Part shown: positions 40,601 to 54,034 of the stretch, one piece after another | Layout of the letters: every line of letters begins with the position of its first letter | Numbering within the stretch: position 1 is the stretch's first letter | Origin: Lytechinus pictus | Lineage: Eukaryota | Assembly (NCBI RefSeq): GCF_037042905.1 | Contig: NC_087245.1 | Location: 27,468,001-27,532,000, forward strand | DNA: 64,000 nucleotides | Direction of reading: 5' to 3' | Notes under the pieces: generated by a model | The model's database searches: none | Seen by the model: only the letters and a program-made list of their open reading frames with translations | What the model was told of the DNA's origin: nothing | Translations under genes and position numbers: made by a program

Positions 40601-43600
40601 CTACTTTCGTGAGATCAGTGTCATCATGGAACGCATAGAAGATAGAATCAAACATGTGGAAGGTAATCCCTTCATTCCCCCAACACACTCCCACTCAAGC
40701 ATGCACACAACTCACACACTCACCTATTTTTTTTCAACCTATTTTTTGTTTTATGTTGTGCACGCACCCACCCACCCACGCACACCCACACACAAACGGA
40801 TCGCCCTCCCAATCACATCGTACACACACATTTTGTAGATTAAACGCAATTTTCAGTAAAAAGCTACTTTATTGGCATTTCTCTAGTCACATTTTGATAT
40901 AGACTTTTTTTTAAGTCAAGGAAATTGAAAAAAAAAATACAACGGGGGGGGGGGGATTTGTATATTGTTTGGCGCCTGTTACTTTTATCAGATGGTGGTC
41001 TGATTTTTGATAGAACATTACACTTTTACGATCGTGCTCTTTACGATAAACTTGCACCTACACCCGTATAACTCTTTCCAATATTTGTGCAAGTAATCTT
41101 CACTTAAAAATAAGTGGTTCTCACTCAAGCGGTAAGATTTGGCATATAGTCATAGGCTTCCCTCTACAAAATGTATAAATGTGGAAAAAGCTTCAGGATA
41201 TTCCAAATTCAATATGATTTTTTTCCCCACACCTTTTCATATGTAGAAGCATGTAACTTTTAGAATCTTATCCGCGGTATTTACCCTTTTACAGCCGTAG
41301 CTAAACAATATAGTTGTGAATACAAATGCTGATATTCTTTCACAGCCGGGAGGACACTGGTAGAGGAAAATGATGAATTCACTAAGATGGCATCCCGCCG
41401 GGGTACACAAGGATATGAACAGAATGTTGTCAATTTGAGGAAGAAAATTCAACAGGAGGTGGAGGACGAGGATGACAGGAGAGAGCTAATGACTTGTGTT
41501 AATTATTTGAGGGTAAGTGATAAATTTTAATTGTTTCTTTTAATGGTATCTGTTTCTAACAGGGACTGTGGAACCGGGGTGGGGGCCGTTTGACAAAACG
41601 TAGAAATAAAAAATGATAATAGCTGGATTTATAAAGCGCTTTTTTCCTGAGGATACAAAGCGCTGCTATTATTGTTACCCCGGCTTTAGCTCGAGCTACT
41701 GTCACCGGCACTCAGTGCATGCAAGGAATGAATCCTGCCGCATACCCATTCACCCTAGTAGTTTCAAAATTCTTCCGCGGCTTTTGTCTTCCAAAACTAG
41801 AATGTTGAGAAAAAATATTATCAAATATATAAATATGGGTATGTAATGATTTATTTGTAGGTACTTTTGCAATGCGGCCGATAACAATGATGATTATAAT
41901 GGTTTGCATGTGGAACTCAAAGCAACAGACCGTATTGGAATATTATAACTTGTTGATATACCAAGTTCAGATAGAGCCATCTGATGAAAATATCGAATAG
42001 AGCGTAAGTGTAAAATTGGTTTACATGAAAGAATGAAATTCACTATTTAACAACAAATATATAAAGATATTATTAATTCATTATGTATGTCAAATAAAGA
42101 AAATATATAGAAATAGATATTAGTTCAAGCAAAATAAACGTATAGACATAGATAATAATCTCCAAGATTACGAATTATGGTTTTTTTGTTTAAGCAATAC
42201 AACAATAGCTTATTCGTGAACCGCGATGCGAGGACGTCCGATGCTATCGCCTACATGGAAGCGTATATCAGCGAGGAGGAGATAAGTAACCCTTCTGGTC
42301 CGGTCGATATGATACTCAAGAAGATGTTCAGAGGTGCGTCCCTTGAATTTGACACTCATGTTTAAGAACAATGCAGAGAAATTTGTTTTTTTGCTGATCA
42401 CTCATATAAAAATATATTTTTTCAGCAGTTCAGTAGGCCTACTATTCAGTGTTCAAATATCACGGAAATACCAGTTTTAATAAATGTGATCAAATCATTA
42501 TATTTTCAATCGTAATTTTGTACTGGGGATAGAAAGTTCCTTCGGTACTCGTATAAATTTCATCAATTATCAATAAAATCTCCAGTAATCATGGTAATGT
42601 CCTTTCTTTTCTTTAAAACATGAATTCCATGAACATTGTTTGAAAATTCCATTTGCTTATAGGAGGTCAATCCGTTTAATATTGTTTTCTTAATATGAAT
42701 GAATGTAAAACTAGTTCGTGGGGCAAGCCTTTGGAAATCAATAAAATCTGAATGCTTGTTTTACTCCATCAAATCTTGTTTTATTAAAGTCGGCTATTTT
42801 GCCATTTCTCTTTTTTTTTTACCTTGAATACACAGATAAGCTTGACAATTTGAACAGAATTGCCAATCTGCATGTCAATAGTGTCAATCCTGTATTGAAT
42901 GAGCTTGGGAATCAGTTAAAGAAGGAGTATAAGAAGAATGCAGAGTCCCTTAGCATCATCTTTACAAGGACAAGAGAATCAGCCAAGGCTTTGGTCAAGT
43001 GGCTGAATGAAGACCCTGAGCTTGGGCATCTGAATGCTGACTTACTGATTGGGAGCGGCAATCAAGGTAATGTTTTCTGGTTGTTATCTTTTGGACATTT
43101 GGTCATCGTATTGAAGATCAAGTATGCGAGTTAAAAAAAAGTCACTGGAAGGATAAAGAGAAAAACGATAACAGCCTTCCAGTTATTTCAAATTTATAGC
43201 GTAAAAAAAAGAAAGTTATCAGCTAAGTTGTGAAATAATGAAAAGCCGTAAAGTGTCGTTTCATGACCGCATTTTGACCAGTTTGACAGCAGTGAGCAAC
43301 TTGCTGTTTTGTAGCCCTTTTGAAACTCCGGCGAGAAAATGGCAAGTTTGGTTTAGATTCATCTATATACTATACGATAATGCTCGAGTATACAATACAG
43401 TTACAAAAGATAAAAGTTTCTCCATTTGATTTTCTCTGTAGGCTGTTAGTACATGAAGCGGCTACGAAACAACACAATTGTCCATTTTGCTCACTGTGAA
43501 GTTCTATGCTGGGAATACAAAACTGAGTTATGGATTGAAGAATTCATGGCTGTAACATGCTTTGATTCATAATCTAGGTATGACGTCAACAGAACAGAAC

Positions 43601-45784
43601 AGGAATCTGCAGTTGTTCAAGGATAAGAAATACAAGATCATGGTTGCCACGTCGGTCGCAGAAGAAGGTCTGGACATCACAGACTGTAACATGGTTTTCA
43701 GATACAACTACGTCACCAGCGACATTGGCCATGTTCAGACTAAAGGTAGAAATTAGTCGTCTGATTCTTTACAAGACAAGTCAGTGTTCGTGATCAAATG
43801 ATATAGAGAGCGACAACAAACCCACATTTATTGTTAATATCAAATTCTATAATAAAAAATGTATCAATTGTATATACAAGTCAATGTAACTTTTAAATAA
43901 GGTTCCTTTAATTCATTTCAAATCAATGGTGGATAGTCTCGCATAGAGATGATAAAATTAATAATAATGATAATAATAATGATAATTATAATAATAACAT
44001 TTATAATAGCGCTTATCACATTGTGTCTCTAAGTGCTTTACATGTACATATTTACATGTACATATCCAATGAAAACTGAGGGCTGGCAGAAACGATTTGT
44101 GAAGAAATTGACTCTTGAATGTGCCATAACCGTATTAATTACAGCGCCAGAGAAACAAGAAGCACACGGGTCATCCCATTCTTACGAAAGATCGTTGTTC
44201 ATTCATTCAAGATTTATTAATTCTATTCGATAAAAAGATACAATTCACACATACAAATGTACAAATTTACAAGATTTACATATGCATACAAATTTACAAG
44301 ATTTACATTTGAATACAATACAATTTATACAAACACAGAAATGGTATTGATTTCACATATTCAGAAAAAATCAAATGGAAATTGGTCACTGCAAAAGTAC
44401 AAAAGGGGACTTGAACTTGTCAAGGCTGTGTCCCAAACTGGAATTAAACATTGTTGCAATGGATTGTTTAAGGTAAATAATTATTCTATAAATGTTTAAC
44501 ATTATTAAACATATCAATTTCATGCGCAACTTGGTTTTTACATTGAAAAATTAAAATCTTCATTTTGATGCGTAAACTGTTTGTACCATACAGGGACTAA
44601 ATACGATTTTTTTTTAATGTTGGGGCAAATAAATGGGAACTTCGGATTCCGTTTTTATTTTCTGGGACGCACTGTATAAAAGTTAATCTACGCATATCTT
44701 ACTATTTTTGAAGGTCGAAGCCGAGCCAAATACAACGGGAAAATCGTCGTCATTGTGAATTCAGATCTTCAGCTTCAAGACCGTGAACTTAAGAATATCA
44801 TAAGGGTGAAGATGAGCGAACAAGCTATCAAAAACGTCGCCGATGCCGCTCTCAATGATGCAAAAGCCTTTGAAGATAAAGTAAGCACGACGATCGCAAA
44901 GACAGGGAATATTATTAAAAGTCAGTTTGGTCTAAGAGTAAGAATATTAAAAGAAAGATAAACACTCTCGTAAGTGAACTTTTTTTTCCGAAATACCTCT
45001 CTGCGTCAGTGAAGTACGAGGAGCATAACATAAAATAAAGATACGCTGTCGCATACAAATCTGATATCGTACTGTTACAGTTATTAAACCTGTGTATAGC
45101 TTTGCATTCAGTTCGATAATTACCATAAATATAAACGGGGAATATAATGTAACGGTTCTCTTTTTACCCAAACGCGATGAAGTACGATCTGATACTTGAT
45201 TTGACGCATTTTTCCCTTTTTTTCTTCAGATTGCTTTGGTACAGAAGAAAGATCAGAAAGAGCGACAACGGGAAAAGGAACTTGCACGAGCCAACAAGGC
45301 AAAGAAAGTAGAGAGAACAGGCATTGTCCTCCATTGCATCAAGTGCTTTCAAGAAGCCTGTTCTCTGGATGACATCAGGTGCATCAAAAACCAGCATCAT
45401 GTGGTTATGAACGACCTCTTCCGAGGAAAGATTCAGCTTGTTGATCTGAAGAAGCAGCCTCTGATCGACGAATTCAAACACCAGCAGAAGATCCATTGTG
45501 GCAACTGCCAGCATAAATGGGGCTCCATGGTGGTGTACCAACAAGAAGAGCTTCCGTTGATCGCTGTCAAGAACTTTACACTGAAAGATGGAAACGGCAG
45601 GAAATTGTTTCCCAAATCCTGGAAGGAAGTACCTTTCGTGGTCCACGCTATAGATATCAATGATCTGGGTAAGCAGAACAACGAAGGTGCAGTTGCTGAC
45701 CCAGAAGTTGTCCAGGAGAACGGAGAGATCGAAGAAGACGATGGCCCCATCGAATTCTCTAACATCATGCAGGTTGACGACTAG
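27077..45784 (+). CDS. RIG-I-like receptor (DDX58/IFIH1 family antiviral RNA helicase), 980 aa; exons 27077-27254, 31295-31438, 32610-32791, 34043-34238, 36993-37234, 38441-38677, 39173-39250, 40008-40167, 40564-40662, 41346-41512, 42195-42333, 42836-43066, 43578-43745, 44714-44880, 45230-45784
   Basis: The 15 exons join in frame (2943 nt) with GT-AG introns. Two N-terminal CARD-like domains, the second resembling RIG-I CARD2. Motifs: Q-motif LYDYQEE, Walker [20 protein letters not shown], Hel2i [36 protein letters not shown] with CIKC...CGNC, HHVV, WG and WKEVPF. Exons 5, 8 and 10 are missing from the ORF track and were read directly. One-to-one orthology to RIG-I or MDA5 cannot be assigned. 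Confidence 0.93.
27795..30219 (-). mobile_element. Non-autonomous hAT element, copy 2 (inverted relative to copy 1) in RLR intron 1; contains a HINE insertion
   Basis: Same TIRs; 8-bp TSD GATATCCT (27787-27794, 30220-30227); internal sequence is the reverse complement of 14300-15694. Confidence 0.87.
28524..29514 (+). mobile_element. HINE/DINE-like element nested in a hAT element in RLR intron 1
   Basis: TTTTTGTCTCACCTGCAT...(GGC)n...4 units...ATGCAGGTGAGAC...CCACTTGTT. The empty site is visible in the sister hAT copy at ~14990. Confidence 0.85.
31552..31642 (+). repeat. Compound microsatellite (TAT/CAT)n-(TAG)n in RLR intron 2
   Basis: Read directly from the sequence. Confidence 0.85.
32894..33710. 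mobile_element. Tc1/mariner-type MITE with ~360-bp imperfect TIRs in RLR intron 3
   Basis: TA|CAGTGCGTCCCA...TGGGACGCACTG|TA; the arms are complementary over most of their length around a ~90-bp spacer. Confidence 0.88.
34598..35408 (+). mobile_element. HINE/DINE-like element in RLR intron 4, one tandem unit shorter
   Basis: Same termini; three AGGTCAAAGGTCA units instead of four. Confidence 0.82.
39594..39859. mobile_element. hAT-type MITE inserted into a tRNA-derived SINE head in RLR intron 7
   Basis: CAGTGGCGTACC / GGTACGCTAATG with CTCCCGC(C) duplicated. The rejoined flanks read on minus as TAGTTCCATGGTTAGAGCG...GGTTCGACC (A/B-box-like). Confidence 0.7.
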
Positions 45785-48312
45785 GTACTGTAGCATGTGA
45801 GTGACTCAAAGGGAGGAAACGATATTGTTCATATAATAAAAATGATAATCTTCCGAATCGTGTTCACGTTGGAAGATGAGAACTTTGCATTAAGATAAAG
45901 GAGGATATTTTTATAATGTTCCATTGGTACGACTCTGGTATGAATATGAAGATAATATTTAGGAGAAGATCCACAATTTTAATGTCAATAATAATCACGA
46001 TCTAGCATAGATTTCAAACTTTATCCTTATACACTTAATGTATGTGACATGCAATGACAAGAGAGATGTGCTTTCAATGAACTGTTGATTATCAGATTAC
46101 ATTGTATCATTCAGCGTTGGTATACAAATTGCACGATTCATCGAAAAAATTAGCGATTATAGCGAGTCATAGACACAAAACAGATCATTCAATCATAAAT
46201 TATACATGATATGAAGTGCCGTACGGACATTGCATTGTGGGACAGATTTTATGTAGTTGCATTGGCTTTAAACCAAATTCAAAGACAGTCTTGATCTGTA
46301 CTTCTTGATCGGTACTTTCTATGTCTATTGGTATTGATTGGTTAATATTCTGAGCGCGCGTTCTTACTGAAATCAATAATGTTTTCGAAAATCAATATGT
46401 AGATTTTATTGAGAATTATTTAATAATTTATGTTGCGCTTCATCTCATTTTCTCTGTCGGTCTGTCGGTAATTCAACCGCCCTTGCAGAAGTGAATTTTA
46501 GGTGACAATCTGAGGCAGTAATTGTCTCGCTAAGAATGTCAAGATCCTTGATCGCAGTAAGAGGATAAAGAGGCCAAATAAAAATGTTATGTTATAATGA
46601 AACATACTTTCGCAATAAATTTTGCCTCTGTTTAGGGGAAGAAGGCGAATCATGTAATTAATGATTCGTGAACAACCACAATGTCACATTTTACCAATTA
46701 GCTAGGGTTAATTATCACGAAATATTGTGTTTTTTTGAAATTCCTTAAAGCTTAACATATTTCGTGCACCTTGGGTGCTCTCATTGAATCAAGCATTCTG
46801 GTGTAATATTATAGTTTAACATGATTTTTTAACTGAATGTTAGTTTTTGGTTCGGCCAGGTGAATTTTATGGCTTCAAAACATTCTATTTGTGAGCGTTT
46901 TAGTGGTAACTACACATAATGGTCTTGAGGTATAACCGCCTTCCATTAATACCATTATTGTCATTTTTTTACGTGACGTGATTTCAGTTTTACTACGTCG
47001 TTGACTAATCTTAAGCTGTTTCAATGTATGTCAAAGTATTTACAATATGATTTTATTTGTCCCTCTTTGGTTTAAACCACATTTATTATGAAATGTTATT
47101 CGTGTGACCCTTAAACACTTCTCAGTTCATCGTCATTCTATGCGCTGACGTCAAACCAAAATTATTTTACTGTTTTAAGAATTATAAACTCGTGTAAACA
47201 TTTTATATTTTCTTGTACTGGTTTCATATAGTCACAACAAACAAATCCGGAATTTAATCGCTTTTTTGCCAATTTAATATTTATTCAAATTTACTCAAAC
47301 TTTCGACGTTCCCCAGGTCTTTATCCCGAGCAAATTACAATGATAAGATCAATCGTAATTACAGGGCGCATCCTTAGACGTTGCTATGATAACTGGCTGA
47401 TAAACGCATGTATGTATATAGATTAATTTACCATGTATGATATATTTTCGTGGCAAACTTTAACTTCTGTAGTTTATGTATAACTATATAAATATAACTA
47501 TTACTAGAAAGAGAATTATTCTATTGACTTTGAGCTTGGCATTGTGTATGAATCGGACTATGTGCTTGGCATTATATATGTATCTGACACTACATCGGTC
47601 ACGTTTAAACGAAAAAAATACCCATTGTAAATTTTTATATCGCAGTTTTTGCGTTGACAAATATATTATGTTAAATTACTCATAATAATAATGGTCTTTA
47701 TTGGTACATAGAAAAACATTCGTTGCAGCCAAAGGCTGAATTACAAATGCTAGTACAAGGTAAAAAATATGACATATAAATTGACAAAAAACGCAAATAT
47801 ACAAACAAGTATATATTATATATGGATAAAAACAAATAAATAAATAAAACAGCCAGTCAATATACACAATAAAGAGTGACCTCCATTCGACCTTGCAAAA
47901 GTAGCAAGAAACATAAATGAGTGGCGATATGGAATTAGGTTGATAAAAAATTAATAAGTACGTGTGGAACGGAAAAAGTAAGAACAGGGAAAAAGAAATG
48001 CGTAACTATTGGCATAGTCATTGAATAGCATTGTGGATTATTGGGTTATAAAGAGAACGATAAATCGTTGTAATTGAACAAAAAGGCGGTTAACAAGGTC
48101 GAATGGAGCACTGAAACATAAAATAGATTGTTGGACATGCATCAAAGTTTTAACAAAAGTACAAATCCGCCACAGCAAAAAGTCGACCCGAACGATTAGA
48201 TAACCGAAATAAGCATATAGCACTCTACATTTTACATTCTAGCCGATCCACCTCTATTCATTCAAATCAACCTACAGTCGGGGCAGACTTGGCTTACAAG
48301 AGAAAAGGGATA

Positions 48313-51300
48313 TAGTCCGGGTTATAACTGAGCAATGTGCCACTTGGAGGAGAAATTTTCATATAATGCCTCTAGACCAGTTTTTTTACGCTGAATATGA
48401 AGATATGAGGTAAACAGGCTGTATCCTGAAAATTAACCTGTGAGGGCGCTTTTTTCAAAATGGCCGCCATATTTTCCAAGAATTTGAATTTTCGTACATA
48501 GATTTTGACATAAGCATTCAATTGCCATAGAATTAGTGTCATATGAAAGCCAAATAACTTCTCCATAATTTGGGACTACTTATAGGGGATAAGTAGTTCA
48601 TTTGGCTGAGATTTTAAGTAGAAAACTGCATTTTTTTGTAATTTTTTCCCCAAAATTTAAAATTTTACAAAAACATGATTTTACATAATTCTATGAAAAA
48701 TTATTCAATTACCTTGAAATGTTCCTGAAAAGTTTATTGATATACTATTATTATTTAGATGAAATCCCAACTCTGTATCATTGTTTTTAGCAAATTTATA
48801 AGGTGTCAAACTTGAATACTTCAATTTCAGAAATGTCGCTTTTTGTATGCATTTCCATAGATTAATACGTATAACATGTATAATACATGTATGTATATAA
48901 TGTTTAGTTAAAACTTAAATGCAATTATCTCCGCTAGTTAATCACTTGCAGAGTTAAGAGTAGGCTTTTCTCTATCAGCTTAATAAAACAAAATGTTGGC
49001 ACATCGAAGCCTAACATTTTCAGGGGGTGGGGGTGTCGAAGTCCCCCCCCCCCCCGTTGCTATATCATGTTGTTGTATATTGCCTATTTATTGGAAAATC
49101 ACTATATTTGAAGCACCCATTGAGGCAAAAGACATTTCTGTTATACAGTACATCCACTTTAATTACTTTAAAACCACTTGGAGAGGAAAAGAGTAGGCAT
49201 TGTTCTACCAGCTACATATAAATACATCAAAAGAAGTAGCACATCGAAGCCTACCCCTCTCGGGAAAGGGGGGGGGGGCTGTGGAAGTCACCCCTCCCCC
49301 TTTTGCTTATTGCTAATTTATTTGGAAATTCACCATTTTGGACCCAACATTGAGGCAAAAAAGCATTTCTGATATATAGTTCTGCCTTTTTTCACCCTTG
49401 AAACCACTTGGAGAGAAAAGAATAAAGGCTTTGCTTTAAACAGCTACAAATAAAGACATGCTCGAAAATAAAAGCATATCCCCATGAGAGGGCTGCTGAA
49501 ATCACCCCACCCCTTTTTAATTATTACTTATTTGAAAATTCACAATTTTTGAGCCCCCATTGAGGCAAAAAGGCGGTTCTGATATATAGTTCTGCCACTA
49601 TTACCGCTATGAAACTACTTGGATAGGAAAGAGTAGGCTTTCCTCTATCAGCTATATATAAAGAAGTGGCTCTACTATATACCAGAAACACCTTTTTCGC
49701 CTCAATGGGGGCTCCAAAATGGCGAGTTTTCCAATGAATTAGCAAAAATCGTAAAAAAGGTGGGGTAACATCTATAGTGCCCTGAAGTGGGTCAGGCTTC
49801 GATATGGCAGCAATACGACATATATAGCTGAAAAGGGGGAATCTACTCTCCAAACTCTTCCTCTCCATGCAAATGGTTTCAAGAAAATGAAATCGGGTGT
49901 TTATAAAGCAGAAGTGCATATTGCCTCAATGGGGGCTCACAAATTGTGAATTTTAAAATAATTAGGCAATAATGCAAAAGGGGTGGGATGGTTTGACAGC
50001 CGCCCAGATGGGTAAGCTTCAATGTGCCAGCACTTCTTTATAGGTAGCTGATAGAGCAAAGTATATTCTGTCATCCTTAATTGGTTTCAAGGCAGTAAAA
50101 GTGGCAGAACTATATATCAGAGATGCCTTTTTACCTCAATGGGGGCTCAAAAATTGTGAATTTTCCAATGAATAGGCAATAATGCAAAGGGGGAGGAGGT
50201 GATTTCGACAGACCCCAGAAGGGGGTAGGCTTTTACTTGCCAGCACATCTTTATAGCTGATAAAGCAAAGCCCATTCTTTCCTCTCTATAAGCGGTTTCG
50301 AGGCAATAAAAGTGGCAGAACTGTATATCAGAGACACCTTTTTGCTTCAATGGGGGCTCCAAAACGGTGAATTTTCAACAAGTAGCCAAATTCCGAAAAT
50401 TAGTGGGGAAACTTTTACAGCCGTCTGCAGGAGATAGGCTTCGATTTGCCAACACTTCTTTATATGGAGCTAATAGAGCATAGCCTACTCTTTCCTCCCC
50501 AAGTCATTGCAAGAAAATAGAATTTGCTGTACTATGTAGTAGAAACGCCCTTTTGCCTTAATGAGTGATCCAAAATTGTGAATGTCCAATAAATAGTCAA
50601 ATACCGAAAATTGGTGAGGTAAATTCTACAGCCCCCGAACATTCTGAAGGGGATAGGCTTCGATTTGCCAACACTTCTTTACAGCTGATAGAGCAAAGCC
50701 TACTCTTTCTTCTCCGAGTCATTGCAAGAAAATAAAATTGGCTGTGTATAGTAGAAACGCGCTTTTGCCTCAATGGGTGATCCAAAATGGTGAAATGTCC
50801 AATAAAATAGGCAATATACATGATATAGAGGGGGGGGGGGGTTGACTTAGACAGCCCCTGAGAGGGCTAGGGTTCGACGTGCCAGCGCCTATTTATATGT
50901 CGCTGGTAAACTCTACTCTACCCTACTCTTTCCTCTCTAAGTGGTTTCAAATCAATAAAATGGGGTTTACAACAAAGCACAAACGCTTTTTGGCCTCAAT
51001 GTTGTGAATTTTCAAATAAATTGGCAATATTAAGCAAAAGCTCCCCCTCCCCAAGAGGGGTAGGCTTCGATGTGCCACTTCTTTAGATGTAGCTGGTAGA
51101 AAAAAGCCTACTCTTTCCTCTCCAAGTGGTTTCAAAGCAATCAAAGTGGCTGTACTGTATAGCAGAAATGCCTGTTTTTGCCTCCATGGGTGCTCCAAAA
51201 AACAGTTATTTTACTAACAAATAGGCAATATACAACAACATGATATAGCAACGGGGGGGGGGGACTTCGACACCCCCACCCCCTGAAAATGTTAGGCTTC

Positions 51301-52009
51301 GATGTGCCAACATTTTGTTTTATGTAGCTGATAGAGAAAAGCCTACTCTTAACTCTGCAAGTGATTAACTAGCGGAGATAATTGCATTTAAGTTTTAACT
51401 AAACATTATACATACATGTATTATACATGCATGTATCATGTACATGTTATACGTATTAATCTATGGAAATGCATACAAAAAGCGACATTTCTGAAATTGA
51501 AGTATTCAAGTTTGATACCTTATAAATTTGCTAAAAACAATGATACAGAGTTGGAATTTCATCCACATGATAATTGTATATCAATAAACTTTTCAGGAAC
51601 ATCTCAAGGTAATTGAATAATTTTTCATAGAATTATGTAAAATCATGTATTTGTAAAATTTTTAATTTTTGGGTAAAAATTACAAAAAATGGAGTTTTCT
51701 ACTTAAAATCCCAGCCAAATGACCTACTTATCAAGTATAGATAGTACCAAATTGTAGGGAATTAATTTGGCTTTCATATAACACTAATATTATGGCAATT
51801 TAATGCTTATGTCAAAATCTATGTACGAAAATTCAAATTCTCGGAAAATATGGCGGCCATTTTGAAAAAAGCGTCCTCACAGGTTAATTTTCAGGATACA
51901 GCCTGTTTACTTCATATATTCATATTCAGCGTAAAAAACTGGTCTAGAGGCACTATGTGAAAATTTCTCCTTCTCCAAGTGGCACCTTGCTCAGTTATAA
52001 CCCGGACTA
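48313..52009. mobile_element. 3.7-kb foldback-type non-autonomous DNA transposon (possibly Academ-like): ~1-kb TIRs with inner ~210-bp tandem units
   Basis: TAGTCCGGGTTATAACTGAGCAA... and ...TTGCTCAGTTATAACCCGGACTA, flanked by ATA on both sides. Unit orientation flips at ~49675. No transposase ORF. Confidence 0.85.
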
Positions 52010-52255
52010 ATAGGGAGCATGGAGAAACAGAAAATTGGAGGAAAGAAGAAAAAAAGATATAGGAGAGAGGAAGAGAAAGCAAAGATAGATGCAATGCCAA
52101 CAATATCAAATATTACATTACGAGTACAACATGCTATTATAAAAAGGAAAACGTTAAAAATGCAATTAAGAGACAAAATTGCAACTCTTCTATCATGTTA
52201 TACGTCACTGTAATTGCACTACATGATTGCACTACAAGATTGCACTTAATACTGG

Positions 52256-53219
52256 TTTTTGTCTCACCTGCATAGCAGAGTGAGACTATAGGCGCCGCTT
52301 TTCCGACGGCGGCGGCGACGGCGGCGGCGGCGTCAACACCAAATCTTAACCTGAGGTTAAGTTTTTGAAATGACAGCATAACTTAGAAAGTATATAGACC
52401 TAGTTCATGAAACTTGGCCATAAGGTTAATCAAGTATTACTGAACATCCTGCCTGAGTTTCATGTCACATGACCAAGGTCAAAGGTCATTTAGGGTCAAT
52501 GAACTTAGACCATGTTGGAGGAATCAACATCAAAATCTTAACCTAAGGTTAAGTTTTTGAAATTTCATCATAACTTAGAAAATATATGGACCTAGTTCAT
52601 GAAACTTATACATAAGGTTAATCAAGTATCACTGAACATCCTGCTTGAGTTTCACATCACATGACCAAGGTCAAAGGTCATTTAGGGTCAATGAACTTTG
52701 GCCGAATTGGGGGTATCTGTTGAATTACCATCATAACTTTGAAAGTTTATGGATCTGATTCATGAAACTTGGACATAATAGTAATCAAGTATTACTGAAC
52801 ATCCTGTGCAAGTTTCAGGTCACATGATCAAGGTCAAAGGTCATTTAGGGTCAATGAACTTTGGCCAAATTGGGGTATTTGTTGAATTACAGCCATAAAT
52901 TTGAAAGTGTGTTGGTCTAGTTCATAAAACTTGGACATAATAGTAATCAAGTATTACTGAACATCCTGTGCGAGTTTCAGGTCACATGATCAAGGTCAAA
53001 GGTCATGTAAGGTCAAAGAACTTTGGCCACGTTGGGGGTATTTGTTGAATTGCCATCATATCTCTATAAGTGTATTGGTCTAGTTCATAAAACGTGGAAA
53101 TAAGAGTAACCAAGTATCACTGAACATCTTGTGCGAGTTATAGTAGTTTTCAAAATCAGCACTGCTGCTATATTGAATCGCGTGATGCAGGTGAGACGGC
53201 CAGAGGCATTCCACTTGTT
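52256..53219 (+). mobile_element. HINE/DINE-like element between RLR and MYORG
   Basis: Same termini, microsatellite and four units; near-identical to 28524-29514. Confidence 0.82.
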
Positions 53220-53817
53220 ATGTATATAAAGCATTCAAATATCAATTATACCATGTATTACCTTACTTCATAATCAAATTACTCAAGTGTTTTGTGTACT
53301 GCAAGATAGAAAAAGAAAGAAGAAAAAATGAATGAGAGAAAGGGAAAAAAGGTGATTGAGGAATATAGTATCGAGACAATGAAGGTGGACATGATAAGGT
53401 GATGACAGAGAGAAGAGGAGGAAAATGAAGATGAGAGAAAGAGAGAGCGGAGAGGGTATATAAGAGGAAAGATAGGGAAGGAGACAGAGTAAGAAATGAA
53501 GGAGAGGAACACTATACATGTACATATATCATACATTTCAATTAAGTAGCAACAGCTTATTATAACAATAACATGGGAAAAACTAGGGGAAGATAAAAAG
53601 AGAGAAGAAAAGGAAAGAAGGAGAGGGGTGACAGAGAAAAATAGGATACTAAGAGGAAAGAGGAAAGAGAGTGCAAGGCTTTCCCCGACATCATTACAAG
53701 GTATTAAGTGACTCAATAAGGTATGGAATAGGACCCCCCCCCCCTGTACCTTTCTGTTCAACATCTCACCACTGGGTATATGTACTGTATTTCTTAAGGC
53801 TGAAGAGTACCTATCAT

Positions 53818-54034
53818 ATAGAGTACCGAAGTGTGACGTCAGTTGCCATGGTGTCATGGCGAGCTGGTTGTCAATGACTTTGGCTCGTCTGAAAAATAGA
53901 ATGCAAGCGATCAAATTCCGATAGCAGCCATTTTCTTCTATGAGAAACACACGCTTTCATTCGGCGTGTTCATTTGTTTAGAACCAGGCCGCCATGACAT
54001 CATGGCAACTGACGTCATCGCTTCGGTACTCTAT
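53818..54034. mobile_element. Small palindromic MITE
   Basis: ATAGAGTACCGAAG..TGACGTCAGTTGCCATG / CATGGCAACTGACGTCA..CTTCGGTACTCTAT, ~50-bp TIRs. Confidence 0.75.

Noticed and set aside
45164..45796. 210-aa antisense ORF over the last RLR exon
   Set aside because: Shadow frame of a real coding exon, with no recognisable motifs.
53279..53950. 223-aa hydrophobic ORF
   Set aside because: Arises from a purine-rich low-complexity tract and a MITE; F/S/L-biased with no domain.
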